From Bacilli bacterium (lineage in GTDB: Bacteria; Bacillota_I; Bacilli_A; RFN20; CAG-826), in assembly GCA_045628045.1 (NCBI GenBank), contig JAZQOV010000002.1, forward strand, positions 32,001-96,000: DNA of 64,000 nucleotides. Reading direction: 5' to 3'. Below the pieces are notes generated by a model that worked only from the letters and a program-made list of their open reading frames with translations, did no database searches and had not been told where the DNA came from. The position numbers were made by a program, and so were the translations under genes. Below are positions 49,834 to 59,495 of this stretch, piece after piece (positions within the stretch are counted from its first letter, which is position 1; each line of letters opens with the position of its first letter).

Positions 49834-50564
49834 TTGAGAGAATTTCTGACATATGATTCGAATTCTTCCGCTGAGACATTTTCTTTTTTAGATAATTTTT
49901 CAATCGCCAAATGAATAGGCTCAGGGAGATGTCGATACATGCCCAATGTTTTGCGGTATTCATTGACTACTATTTCTTTATTTTTTAAGAATGCATCATA
50001 GAGATAAACGGTGTTAAGAGTATCTGCTAGAGCGTTATGCTGGGTGCCTTGAAAATCAACGTTAAAGACTTTTAAGAAGTTTGCTAAAGATAAGTTGTTG
50101 TTATTTTCATCTTTAACATAACTACTTAAAAATTCTGCGATATCAAATTGATGTTTAATAATTATTTCAACGTCTTCTTTTTTAACATCAAGATTATGTG
50201 CAAGTGATTGTGCCATGATTCTAAAATCATGGTTGCCAAAGGCTACAAATAAACACTTTGAGAAGTAGTTACCCATATATTTTTTAAGTCCTTGAATGGC
50301 AACTCTAAAAGAGACTCCCTTAGTTTTAACGTCTTCTTCAGTAATTCCAGTCAAGTCTGTAACGACTTTACCAATTTTAGATTTTGGTTTAACAAGTGTG
50401 TAATAGCCATTATGAATCTTTTTGATCGAACCGTCTTTTCTCACATCTACTTTCACTGCCCCAATAGCAATCATTTCATGAGTAAATTGGGTGCCTTCTA
50501 AATCAATAAAGCAGAGTGATTTTCGACCTTTTAAAATTCTTTCAAGTGCTAACATAACGGTCAT
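49830..50564 (-). CDS. DEDDh 3'-5' exonuclease
   Basis: FIDLEGT, LTGIT, FGNHD, HNALAD. The start could be 50555. Confidence 0.85.
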   Translation of the reverse strand: MTVMLALERILKGRKSLCFIDLEGTQFTHEMIAIGAVKVDVRKDGSIKKIHNGYYTLVKPKSKIGKVVTDLTGITEEDVKTKGVSFRVAIQGLKKYMGNYFSKCLFVAFGNHDFRIMAQSLAHNLDVKKEDVEIIIKHQFDIAEFLSSYVKDENNNNLSLANFLKVFNVDFQGTQHNALADTLNTVYLYDAFLKNKEIVVNEYRKTLGMYRHLPEPIHLAIEKLSKKENVSAEEFESYVRNSLK

Positions 50565-50645
50565 TATTATATCACTCGTCGGCGTTTTTTATAAAAACAA
50601 TTTGAGTTTATATCGAATTTTAAATATAATTAAAAAGCATTTCTT

Positions 50646-51026
50646 ATGGAAAAAAAGTTAAATTTCACGCCAGAGACTATCTTAAACATTAGGTTTAGTC
50701 CAAAAGAAAAAGGCTATGATCCTTTAGAAGTTGATAAGCTTTTTGATTCAATTATTGAGGACTATAAGTCTTTTCTTGAAAATGAAAAAGAACTTGAGAA
50801 TGCAAACGCAAAGCAACTAGTTGAAATTAATAGCTTAAAAGAAGAACTTGCTAGAAAAGAATTTGATGTTGCAACACTTAAAAAACAACTTCAATCTCTT
50901 CCTTCAGCAAATGGAATCAATGAAGATAACTATAAGTTATTAAAGAAAATTAGTGCTTACGAAAGAATCCTTCATCGTAAAGGAATAAACCCAGAAAAAG
51001 CACTTTCCGACCCGGATAATTGCTAG
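50646..51026 (+). CDS. gpsB: DivIVA/GpsB family protein
   Basis: I...F...KGYDPLEVDKLFD.IIEDY, coiled coil, NYKLLKKI; upstream of rnpB as in Bacilli. Confidence 0.8.
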   Translation: MEKKLNFTPETILNIRFSPKEKGYDPLEVDKLFDSIIEDYKSFLENEKELENANAKQLVEINSLKEELARKEFDVATLKKQLQSLPSANGINEDNYKLLKKISAYERILHRKGINPEKALSDPDNC

Positions 51027-51337
51027 CTTAGCTAGAGGAAAGTCCATGCTCGCACGGGCTGTGATGCTCGTAGTGATTGCGCTAGCGGAAAAAATAACGC
51101 TAGGCACGTAGGAGTACGTGACGGCGGAACTAGTCTAAAACTTCGGTCATGATGATGTTCCCCAAGGTGCCACAGAGACTATTAAGCGGAAACGCGGATG
51201 TGAAAAGTTGGTAAACCCCACAAGCGAGAAACCCAAATTTTGGTAGGGGAGGTTGAGCGAGAGAACCGAATCTCAATCGGCACGGGAAACCGTAGATAAA
51301 TTATTATCCTAGACAAAACATGGCTTACAGGGTCGGA
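51006..51337 (+). ncRNA. rnpB: RNase P RNA (type B)
   Basis: GAGGAAAGTCCATGCT, GTGCCACAGAGAC, GGTAAACCCC, ACAAAACATGGCTTA; P1 helix TCCGACCC/GGGTCGGA. Confidence 0.95.
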
Positions 51338-51360
51338 CACTCAAAAAAGGAGATTTAAAA

Positions 51361-52008
51361 ATGAATTTACCTAACAAGATTACAATCAGTAGAATCGTGT
51401 TCATTTTTGCGATGATTATTGCTATGTTTGTTTTAGCATTAATTCCTGATTTTTACGTGAAAACCATAGGAAATTCAGGGATAAATCCAATTTATTTAAT
51501 CTTTGCATGTGTCTTTATTTTGGCAGCATTTACTGACATGATTGATGGCAAAATTGCACGTAAATGTAACCTCGTTACTGACCTCGGAAAATTCTTAGAT
51601 CCAATTGCAGATAAACTCTTAAATGATGCAATGATGATCTTTATTTTAGTTCCACAAGCTTATGCCCTTGAACAACGCGCTGATAGAACAATGCTTACCG
51701 TTTTACTTATCTGTGTTGTTTTAATGATTGCACGAGATTTAATTGTTGATGCACTTAGACTTATCGCAGTTAAAAACAATGTTGTTATTGCTGCTAACAT
51801 TTTCGGAAAAGCAAAAACTGTTTTACAAATGGTTGCTATCCCTATGATGTTACTTAATGACTGGCCGTTTAATTATTTTGATTCTTCTTGGCCACAAGCA
51901 CTTCAAATTTCAAACTGGTTCTTCTATGCTGCAACAATTATGTCTGTAGTCAGTGGAGTCATTTATATTTATCAAAATCGCAAAGTATTTAAAGGCTTTA
52001 CAAAATAA
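51361..52008 (+). CDS. pgsA: CDP-diacylglycerol--glycerol-3-phosphate 3-phosphatidyltransferase
   Basis: NLPNKITISR, DMIDGKIAR, GKFLDPIADK, GKAKT..QM. Confidence 0.93.
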   Translation: MNLPNKITISRIVFIFAMIIAMFVLALIPDFYVKTIGNSGINPIYLIFACVFILAAFTDMIDGKIARKCNLVTDLGKFLDPIADKLLNDAMMIFILVPQAYALEQRADRTMLTVLLICVVLMIARDLIVDALRLIAVKNNVVIAANIFGKAKTVLQMVAIPMMLLNDWPFNYFDSSWPQALQISNWFFYAATIMSVVSGVIYIYQNRKVFKGFTK

Positions 52009-52466
52009 TGAAAAAACTTCTTCAAGAATATAAAAACAAAGGGCTAACGTTAGGTTCTGTTGAATCGATGACTGGAGGCCTTTTTGCTGCAAAATTCACG
52101 GAAATTCCTGGATCTTCTGCAGTTTTTAAGGGAAGTATTGTTACTTATTCTAGTGAAGAAAAAATTAACATCGTTGGTGTTAAAAAAGAGACAATTGATA
52201 AGTATGGAGTTGTCTCAAAGGAGGCAGCAAAAGAGATGGCTGAGAAAGGCCGTAAACTCTTAAACGTTGATGTTTGTATCTCTGTTACTGGAAACGCTGG
52301 ACCAACTTGTGAACCTGGTGGAAAACCTGCTGGATGTTTTTATATTGCTGCCGCCTCAAAAAATGGGGTCGTCGTTGAGGAGCATTTAAAAACTCAAAAA
52401 AGAAATAAAGTCAGAAATAGTGCAGTTCTCGCTATGCGAGATTTAGCACATTTAAAAATCATTTAA
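52008..52466 (+). CDS. CinA C-terminal domain / NMN deamidase PncC
   Basis: ESMTGG, GSSAVF, YGVVS, SVTGNAGP. Confidence 0.9.
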   Translation: MKKLLQEYKNKGLTLGSVESMTGGLFAAKFTEIPGSSAVFKGSIVTYSSEEKINIVGVKKETIDKYGVVSKEAAKEMAEKGRKLLNVDVCISVTGNAGPTCEPGGKPAGCFYIAAASKNGVVVEEHLKTQKRNKVRNSAVLAMRDLAHLKII

Positions 52467-52523
52467 AAATAAATTAACATTTTTTGCATTTTTTACCCGA
52501 TTTAGTTATTAGGAGGAAATGTT

Positions 52524-53528
52524 ATGAACAAGAAAAATTCTAACTCATCTGAACTTGATTCTATCTTGGCCGAAATTGAAAAAAGTTTCGGTAAAGGTTC
52601 AATCATGAAGCTTGGAGAACGTCCTCAAGTCGATAAGGACGTGATTTCTTCAGGCAGCCTTCTAATTAACCAAGCTCTTGGAATAGGAGGCTACCCACGC
52701 GGACGTATAATTGAAATATACGGTCCTGAAAGTAGTGGTAAAACAACCTTAGCATTACATGCTATAGCAGAGGCTCAAAAAGCCGGTGGTAGAGCAGCTT
52801 TCGTTGATGCTGAACACTCAATTGATCCAGTTTATGCTAGAAATTTGGGTGTTGATATCGATGAACTTATTTTGTCTCAACCAGATTGTGGTGAGCAAGC
52901 TCTAGAAATCGTTGAAAAATTAGCATCTAGTGGAGCATTCGATATTATTGTCGTAGACTCTGTTGCTGCTTTAGTGCCTCAAGCTGAACTTGAAGGCGAA
53001 ATGGTAGATTCTACTGTTGGCTTACAAGCTAGACTCATGTCTAAAGCAATGCGTAAACTTGCAGGCGTCTTAAATATGCACAACTGCACAGTTATTTTCA
53101 TTAACCAATTACGTGATAAAGTCGGTGTTGTTTACGGAAATCCAGAAACGACTACTGGTGGTAAAGCACTTAAATTCTATGCAACTATTCGTATCGACAT
53201 TAGAAGAGTTGAAGCAATTGGCAGCGGAAACTCTATAACCGGAAATGTTGCAAAGATTAAAATTGTTAAAAACAAAGTTGCCCCTCCATTTAGGACATGT
53301 CAAGTTGACATTATTTATGGAAAAGGCATTTCAAAAAGTAGCGAATTGCTTGATCTTGGAACTCAATTTGAAATTTTCAAAAAATCAGGAAGCTGGTTTG
53401 AATATGAGGGTAATAGATTTGCTAATGGCAAAGAAGCAGGAAAACTTTATCTTGAAAGCCATCCAGAAATGATGGAAGAAATTGAAAAGAAAGTAACTGC
53501 TGCTTTAAATGATGCTTCTAAAGAATAG
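52524..53528 (+). CDS. recA: Recombinase RecA
   Basis: [33 protein letters not shown]. Confidence 0.98.
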   Translation: MNKKNSNSSELDSILAEIEKSFGKGSIMKLGERPQVDKDVISSGSLLINQALGIGGYPRGRIIEIYGPESSGKTTLALHAIAEAQKAGGRAAFVDAEHSIDPVYARNLGVDIDELILSQPDCGEQALEIVEKLASSGAFDIIVVDSVAALVPQAELEGEMVDSTVGLQARLMSKAMRKLAGVLNMHNCTVIFINQLRDKVGVVYGNPETTTGGKALKFYATIRIDIRRVEAIGSGNSITGNVAKIKIVKNKVAPPFRTCQVDIIYGKGISKSSELLDLGTQFEIFKKSGSWFEYEGNRFANGKEAGKLYLESHPEMMEEIEKKVTAALNDASKE

Positions 53529-53757
53529 CTTTTTCGAGACAAAATTAAGTTTTAGGTTTTATTTATAAACAAATTTTTATATAATGTAGTCGTGCCAGTT
53601 TGGTACGGCACTTATTACCATAAATTTAATTTTCGGTTCAAGAACCGTTTAAATAAAATATAAATCTACATTGTAGTTTTAAGGTAATAATCTCATTTAT
53701 TGGTTGATTATATTTTTAAATATAAATTGACCTCATTATATAGTTAGGAGTTTAAAA

Positions 53758-55335
53758 ATGAAAACATTCGCACTTGATGCAACAAGCTGGATTATTTTCA
53801 TCGTAGTAGCTTTAGTTGCTGGTCTTGCAATTGGTTTTGTACTTTGCAAGTTTTTACCATCAATGAGAGCTAAAGGTGCTTCTATGAAGGCCGACAAAAT
53901 CTTACACGATGCAGAAATCCGTGCTGAACAAATTAAGAAAAACGCTCAAATCGATGGAAAACAAATTGTCATCGAAATGAAACAAGAAGCAGAAAGAGAT
54001 ATTCGTGAAAGAAAGCAAGAATATGCAAATCTCGAAAACAAATTGAATCAACGTGAACAAAACATTGATCATAGAGATGCTAACTTAATGAATAAGGAAG
54101 CTGCTATTGAAGCTAAAAATGAACAACTTTCAAGACGTCTTAAAGAATGCGACAAAAAAGAAGTCGTCCTTCAAGAAAAAATTGACTCAATTATTGTTGA
54201 ACTTGAAAAGGTTGGACAACTTTCAGTCAAAGAAGCTAGAGACCAAATTTTTGAAAGAGTCGAAAGCAAAATGGCAACAGAAATTGCTGCATATATGAAA
54301 TCCAAAGAAGATGAAGCTAAGGCTGAATCTGAAGCTAAAGCCAAAGAATTACTTGGTATGGCAATTTCAAAATATGCTCAAGAAGAAGTTCAAGAAAGAA
54401 CCGTTTCTGTTGTGCCACTTCCAAGTGATGAAATGAAAGGTCGTATTATTGGCCGTGAAGGTCGTAATATTCGTACCATGGAACAATTACTTGGTGTTGA
54501 TTTAATCATTGATGATACACCAGAAGTTATCACTGTTTCGTGTTTCAATCCAATTAGAAGATACGTTGCTACTAAATCTTTAGATTTACTTATTAAAGAT
54601 GGTCGTATTCAACCAGGTAGAATTGAAGAAATCGTTGCCAAAGTCCAAAGTGAAGTTGACGCCGATATTCAAAAAGCTGGTGAAGAAGCCGCATTTAAGC
54701 TTGGCCTACCAAAGATTAATAAAGAATTAATCAACTATGTTGGTAGACTTAAATACCGTACTTCTTATGGTCAAAATGCTTTAACACATTCTATTGAAAC
54801 TGCTTATTTAGCAGGAATGATGGCAGCTGAACTTGGTTTAGATCAAAATTTAGCTAAACGTGCTGGTTTATTACACGATATTGGTAAAGCAGTTGACTTT
54901 GAACAAGATGGTAGCCACGTTGAACTTGGTGCTAGACTTGCAAAGAAATATGGCGAACCAGATGTCGTTATCAATTCTATTGAATCTCACCATGGTGATG
55001 TTGCACAAAACTGCATTATCGCTTACTTAGTTCAAGCTGCTGATACTTTATCAGCTGCAAGACCAGGTGCACGTAGTGAAACTCTTGAAAACTACATTAA
55101 ACGTATTGAACAACTTGAAACCATTTGTAAAGAGTTCGATGGTGTTTATCAATGCTATGCAATGCAATCAGGTCGTGAAGTTCGTGTAATGGTTATTCCA
55201 GATAAAGTTGACGATCTACAAGCATTTAAGATGGCTAAAGATATTCGTGAGAAGATTGAAACTGAAATGACCTATCCAGGACAAATTAAAGTTTCTGTTA
55301 TTCGTGAATATCGTGCTGTTGAAACAGCAAAATAA
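53758..55335 (+). CDS. rny: Ribonuclease Y
   Basis: N-terminal TM, coiled coil, KH domain GRIIGREGRNIR, HD domain LLHDIGK, SAARPGAR. Confidence 0.97.
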   Translation: MKTFALDATSWIIFIVVALVAGLAIGFVLCKFLPSMRAKGASMKADKILHDAEIRAEQIKKNAQIDGKQIVIEMKQEAERDIRERKQEYANLENKLNQREQNIDHRDANLMNKEAAIEAKNEQLSRRLKECDKKEVVLQEKIDSIIVELEKVGQLSVKEARDQIFERVESKMATEIAAYMKSKEDEAKAESEAKAKELLGMAISKYAQEEVQERTVSVVPLPSDEMKGRIIGREGRNIRTMEQLLGVDLIIDDTPEVITVSCFNPIRRYVATKSLDLLIKDGRIQPGRIEEIVAKVQSEVDADIQKAGEEAAFKLGLPKINKELINYVGRLKYRTSYGQNALTHSIETAYLAGMMAAELGLDQNLAKRAGLLHDIGKAVDFEQDGSHVELGARLAKKYGEPDVVINSIESHHGDVAQNCIIAYLVQAADTLSAARPGARSETLENYIKRIEQLETICKEFDGVYQCYAMQSGREVRVMVIPDKVDDLQAFKMAKDIREKIETEMTYPGQIKVSVIREYRAVETAK

Positions 55336-55373
55336 TTTATTCACCGGGAAGACCCCGGATAGAAAGACATCCT

Positions 55374-56162
55374 ATGAAAGTTTTATTTTTAGGAGATATT
55401 GTCGGCAAAGTCGGCCGACGCGTTGTTGCAAAAAACTTAAAAAAACTTGTTGATAAATATCAAGTTGATTTTGTTATTGCTAATGGCGAGAACACAACAC
55501 ACGGAAAAGGCTTAATTGAGAAGCATTATTACGAGCTTTTAGATGTAGGTATTGATTGCATTACTTTAGGTAATCACTATTTGTCGAAAGATAATCTTTT
55601 AGATTATATAGAAGATGCAGATGCATTAATTAGGCCTTTAAACATATCGCAAAGAATCGGTGGAGAAGGTTCTAGAGTATTTGAAGTAAATGGAGTTAAA
55701 ATCCGTGTTACAAATCTTTTAGGAACGGCCTTTATGAAAGAGGAAGTTGCTTCTCCATACTACGCTTTAAAATCACTAGTTGATAATCTAACAGATGAAG
55801 ATTCAATCCACATTGTGGATTATCATGCTGAAGCAACTGGAGAAAAGATGTGCTTTGGTTATGCATTTGATGGCCTTGTAAGCGCAGTTTTAGGCACACA
55901 TACACATGTCCAAACAAATGACGCCAAAATATTAGAAGGTGGAACCGCATTTATTTCTGATATAGGAATGTGTGGTCAAGCCAATGGCGTCTTAGGATTT
56001 GAAAAAGAATCTGTTATGCGCGTTACAATGTTTGGTGAAAAAGGACGTTTTGGTTTTGATGATGAAGATCAAGGCCTTTTAAACGCAGTTGTTATTAATT
56101 TTGACGATTTAACACATAAAGCGTTAGAAATTATCCCAATCAAAATTTTAGAAGAAAAATAA
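55374..56162 (+). CDS. ymdB: YmdB-type metallophosphoesterase
   Basis: GDIVG, NGEN, LGNH, DYHAEATGEK, GTHTHV. Confidence 0.93.
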   Translation: MKVLFLGDIVGKVGRRVVAKNLKKLVDKYQVDFVIANGENTTHGKGLIEKHYYELLDVGIDCITLGNHYLSKDNLLDYIEDADALIRPLNISQRIGGEGSRVFEVNGVKIRVTNLLGTAFMKEEVASPYYALKSLVDNLTDEDSIHIVDYHAEATGEKMCFGYAFDGLVSAVLGTHTHVQTNDAKILEGGTAFISDIGMCGQANGVLGFEKESVMRVTMFGEKGRFGFDDEDQGLLNAVVINFDDLTHKALEIIPIKILEEK

Positions 56163-56163
56163 G

Positions 56164-57606
56164 ATGGCAAAGAAGTGTATTTATAGTTCGTTACCTGATT
56201 CAGAAATTGAAAGAAGAAGAAACCTTTCTTTTGATTTTAAGTACCCAAATTTTGATGTTCCAACAAGACTTAAAGAGTATGCAAAAGGCAGAAAATTTTA
56301 TATTTACACTTATGGTTGCCAAGCTAATCACCGTGACCAAGAAGTCATGGCAGGTTTACTAAAAAAAGCCGGGTTTTCCCAGTGTTTTTCTGAAAAAGAT
56401 AGTGATTTAATCATACTTAATACTTGTGCGGTTAGAGAAAACGCAGAGCAAAAAGTATACGGAAAAATTGGTGATTTAATACATCTCAAAAAACAGAAAG
56501 AAGATCTCCTCATTGCTGTTTGTGGATGCATGGTTCAACAAAAACACATCATTGAATTTTTGGTTGATAAATTTAAACATGTCGACCTAATTTTTGGAAC
56601 TCATAATATTACTTCACTTTTAGACATGCTAAATGAAGTTATTACAAAGAGAATAAGATTAGTTGATGTCAAATCTGTCCCTGGAGATATTGTTGAAAAT
56701 TTACCAAGCGTCAGAGAATCTAAATTTAAAGCTTTTGTTAACATATCTTATGGTTGTGATAAGTTCTGTACTTATTGCATTGTTCCTTATACAAGAGGTA
56801 AAGAACGTTCGAGAAAGATGGAAGACATTTTGAACGAAGTTCAAGAACTTAAAGATAATAACTATCAAGAAGTTACTTTACTTGGTCAAAACGTTAATGC
56901 CTATGGCAAAGATTTAAAAGATGGTTCCACATTCGCAAAACTTCTCGAAGAAGTTGCCAAAGTTGGAATTCCTCGCGTTAGATTTTTAACATCTCATCCT
57001 TGGGATTTTTCAAGCGATATGATTGATGTTATTGCAAAGTATGACAACATAATGAAATACATCCATTTACCAGTGCAATCTGGCTCAAATGAAATCCTTA
57101 GATTAATGGGGCGTCGTTACACTAGAGAAAATTACATAGCTTTAGCTAATGAAATTAAAACTAAGATTCCTGATGTTGCTTTAACAACAGATATTATCGT
57201 TGGTTTCCCTAATGAAACCTATGAGCAATTTAAAGAAACGGTTTCACTTTGTGAAGAAATTCACTATGACTCAGCATTTACATTTATTTATTCGCCAAGA
57301 AATAACACTCCTGCGGCGAAAATCGTTGATAATGTAACTCCGAAAGAGAAAAATGAACGTTTTAAAGAACTCGTTAAAGCTTTAGAAAAGGATATTGAGA
57401 AATATTCTATCGACATGGTAGGTAGAACCTATGATGTTCTAGTTGATGGTGTGTCAGAAAAGAATCCTGACATGCTTTCGGGCTACACAGAAAAAAATAA
57501 ATTAGTTCACTTTAAGGGAGACATTTCTTTAGTGGGCAAAATTGTTAAAGTTAAGATCTTAGAATCTCATACTTATTCAATGCTTGGAGAACTGGTGAAT
57601 GAATAA
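56164..57606 (+). CDS. miaB: tRNA methylthiotransferase MiaB
   Basis: TYGCQAN, NTCAVRENAE, CDKFCTYC radical SAM motif, TRAM domain. Confidence 0.95.
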   Translation: MAKKCIYSSLPDSEIERRRNLSFDFKYPNFDVPTRLKEYAKGRKFYIYTYGCQANHRDQEVMAGLLKKAGFSQCFSEKDSDLIILNTCAVRENAEQKVYGKIGDLIHLKKQKEDLLIAVCGCMVQQKHIIEFLVDKFKHVDLIFGTHNITSLLDMLNEVITKRIRLVDVKSVPGDIVENLPSVRESKFKAFVNISYGCDKFCTYCIVPYTRGKERSRKMEDILNEVQELKDNNYQEVTLLGQNVNAYGKDLKDGSTFAKLLEEVAKVGIPRVRFLTSHPWDFSSDMIDVIAKYDNIMKYIHLPVQSGSNEILRLMGRRYTRENYIALANEIKTKIPDVALTTDIIVGFPNETYEQFKETVSLCEEIHYDSAFTFIYSPRNNTPAAKIVDNVTPKEKNERFKELVKALEKDIEKYSIDMVGRTYDVLVDGVSEKNPDMLSGYTEKNKLVHFKGDISLVGKIVKVKILESHTYSMLGELVNE

Positions 57607-57910
57607 GTTTGAAGAAGCTTTAGAAACTGTAAAAAATGAACTCTTTAACGAAAAATGTGTTAAAGAGTATTTTTATTATAAAAATATAGTGGAGAATGAT
57701 GCCACAATTATTGAGCTTGATAAACAGGCAAAATTTCATCAAAAAGAAATGTGCAAAAACAAAGATAATGAAGAAAAATATTTATCTGAAAAAGCACTTT
57801 ATGAGAAGCACCAAAAAGAGCTCGATAACAATCCAATTTTGAATAATTACAAAATTGCAAAAGACGAAGTATTTTCACTTTTAGTAGATATTAAACATAT
57901 CCTTGGGTAA
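57599..57910 (+). CDS. YmcA/YlbF (Com_YlbF) family-like protein
   Basis: Short helical protein with L..NPIL.NY; position after miaB matches ymcA. Confidence 0.6.
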   Translation: MNKFEEALETVKNELFNEKCVKEYFYYKNIVENDATIIELDKQAKFHQKEMCKNKDNEEKYLSEKALYEKHQKELDNNPILNNYKIAKDEVFSLLVDIKHILG

Positions 57911-57919
57911 AATAATCTT

Positions 57920-58789
57920 ATGATTATTGTTATCACAGGACCCACATGTATGGGGAAATCAGAAACAGCTTTGGAAGTTGCCAAAGTTTTTAATGCTGAG
58001 ATTATAAACGGTGATGCATTTCAATCTTTCAAAGAAATGGAAATTGGAGTAGCGAAACCTCCGAAAGAATATTTTGAAGAAGTTCCGCATCATTTATTTT
58101 CTTGTGTTAACGTAGATGAAGAATATTCAATCGCCGATTATCAAATAAAACTTAGAAACGCTATTAACGAAGTTCTTTCCAAAGGAAAAAACGTAGTTAT
58201 TGTCGGTGGTTCTGGTCTATACATTAGAGCTGCTTTATATGATTATGTGTTCTCAGAACAAGCAAAAATCGATTTATCAAAGTATGAAAAATTATCAAAT
58301 GAAGAACTTCATAAGGAACTAGAAAAAATTGATCCTGAACAAGCAAAAATTATTCACGAGAACAATAGAAAACGTGTTTTGCGCGCAATAGAAATTTATT
58401 TAACTCAAGGCAAAACCAAGTCTGAAATAATCAATTCCCAAGAACATAAACTAGTTTATGATGCAAAATTTTTTGTGCGCGATATGGATCGAGAAGAACT
58501 TTATAAGCTCATTGATCTAAGAGTTGATGAAATGGTTAAAAATGGTCTTGTAAAAGAAGTTGAAACTTTAGTTAAAAAATATGGTGAAAATTTAAAGTCT
58601 CTTCAAGCCATTGGATATAAAGAAATTATTCCTGCTTTGAAAGGTGAATATTCATTAGAAAAAGCGATCGAACTTGTTAAGCAAAATTCAAGGAATTATG
58701 CCAAACGCCAAGTTACATTTATTAAGCATCAGTTCCCTGTTACATATTACAAAAATACCAAGGATTTACTGGAGATTTTACGAAAATGA
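57920..58789 (+). CDS. miaA: tRNA dimethylallyltransferase
   Basis: GPTCMGKS, IGVAKP, VGGSGLY, AIGYKE, RNYAKRQ. Confidence 0.95.
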   Translation: MIIVITGPTCMGKSETALEVAKVFNAEIINGDAFQSFKEMEIGVAKPPKEYFEEVPHHLFSCVNVDEEYSIADYQIKLRNAINEVLSKGKNVVIVGGSGLYIRAALYDYVFSEQAKIDLSKYEKLSNEELHKELEKIDPEQAKIIHENNRKRVLRAIEIYLTQGKTKSEIINSQEHKLVYDAKFFVRDMDREELYKLIDLRVDEMVKNGLVKEVETLVKKYGENLKSLQAIGYKEIIPALKGEYSLEKAIELVKQNSRNYAKRQVTFIKHQFPVTYYKNTKDLLEILRK

Positions 58790-59466
58790 CTGACTTTTTA
58801 GAAAGATCAAAACAACTTTTAGGTGAAGAAAAAATTAATTCTTTTGCCACAAAAACAATTCTTGTAATTGGCATTGGTGGAGTTGGTGGAACAGCCTTAG
58901 AATCTTTGGTTAGATCAGGCTTTAAAAAGTTTATCATTGTTGACTCTGATACCGTTGATATTTCGAACCTAAATAGGCAAATTTTATTTAGTTTATCTGA
59001 CGTTGGAAAAGATAAAGTTTTATGTGCCAAAGAACACTTATTAAAAATCAATCCAGATCTAGAAATAAAAACAATTAAAACTATGATCGGAAATGAGCCA
59101 ATCGAAAAACTTATCAAAGATAAAGTAGATTTTATTGTTGATGCAATTGACTATGTTCCAGGAAAACTTGAAATTTATGAATATGCATTAAAAAACAATA
59201 TTGGTTTTATTTCTTCATTAGGAATGGGCAATAGAATTGATCCTGAAAAAGTATTTGTTACAAATTTAAATAAAACAGAAAATGATCCCCTCGCTAAGAA
59301 AATTAGATATGAAGCAAGACAAAGGGGAATTGATATAAAAAAGGTTCCTGTTGTCTTCTCAAAAGAAGAACCATTATTAAAAAGTCCTAAACCAACTTCA
59401 ATGATTATGGTTCCTTCTACGGCAGGATTAATTATTACAAAATATGTTTTAAACACTATTAAATAG
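58786..59466 (+). CDS. tcdA: ThiF-family t6A dehydratase TcdA-like
   Basis: GIGGVG, D.VDISNLNRQ, DAID, DPLAKKIR, VFSKE. Confidence 0.82.
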   Translation: MTDFLERSKQLLGEEKINSFATKTILVIGIGGVGGTALESLVRSGFKKFIIVDSDTVDISNLNRQILFSLSDVGKDKVLCAKEHLLKINPDLEIKTIKTMIGNEPIEKLIKDKVDFIVDAIDYVPGKLEIYEYALKNNIGFISSLGMGNRIDPEKVFVTNLNKTENDPLAKKIRYEARQRGIDIKKVPVVFSKEEPLLKSPKPTSMIMVPSTAGLIITKYVLNTIK

Positions 59467-59495
59467 TGATACAATTATATTGTGAGGTTATTATT

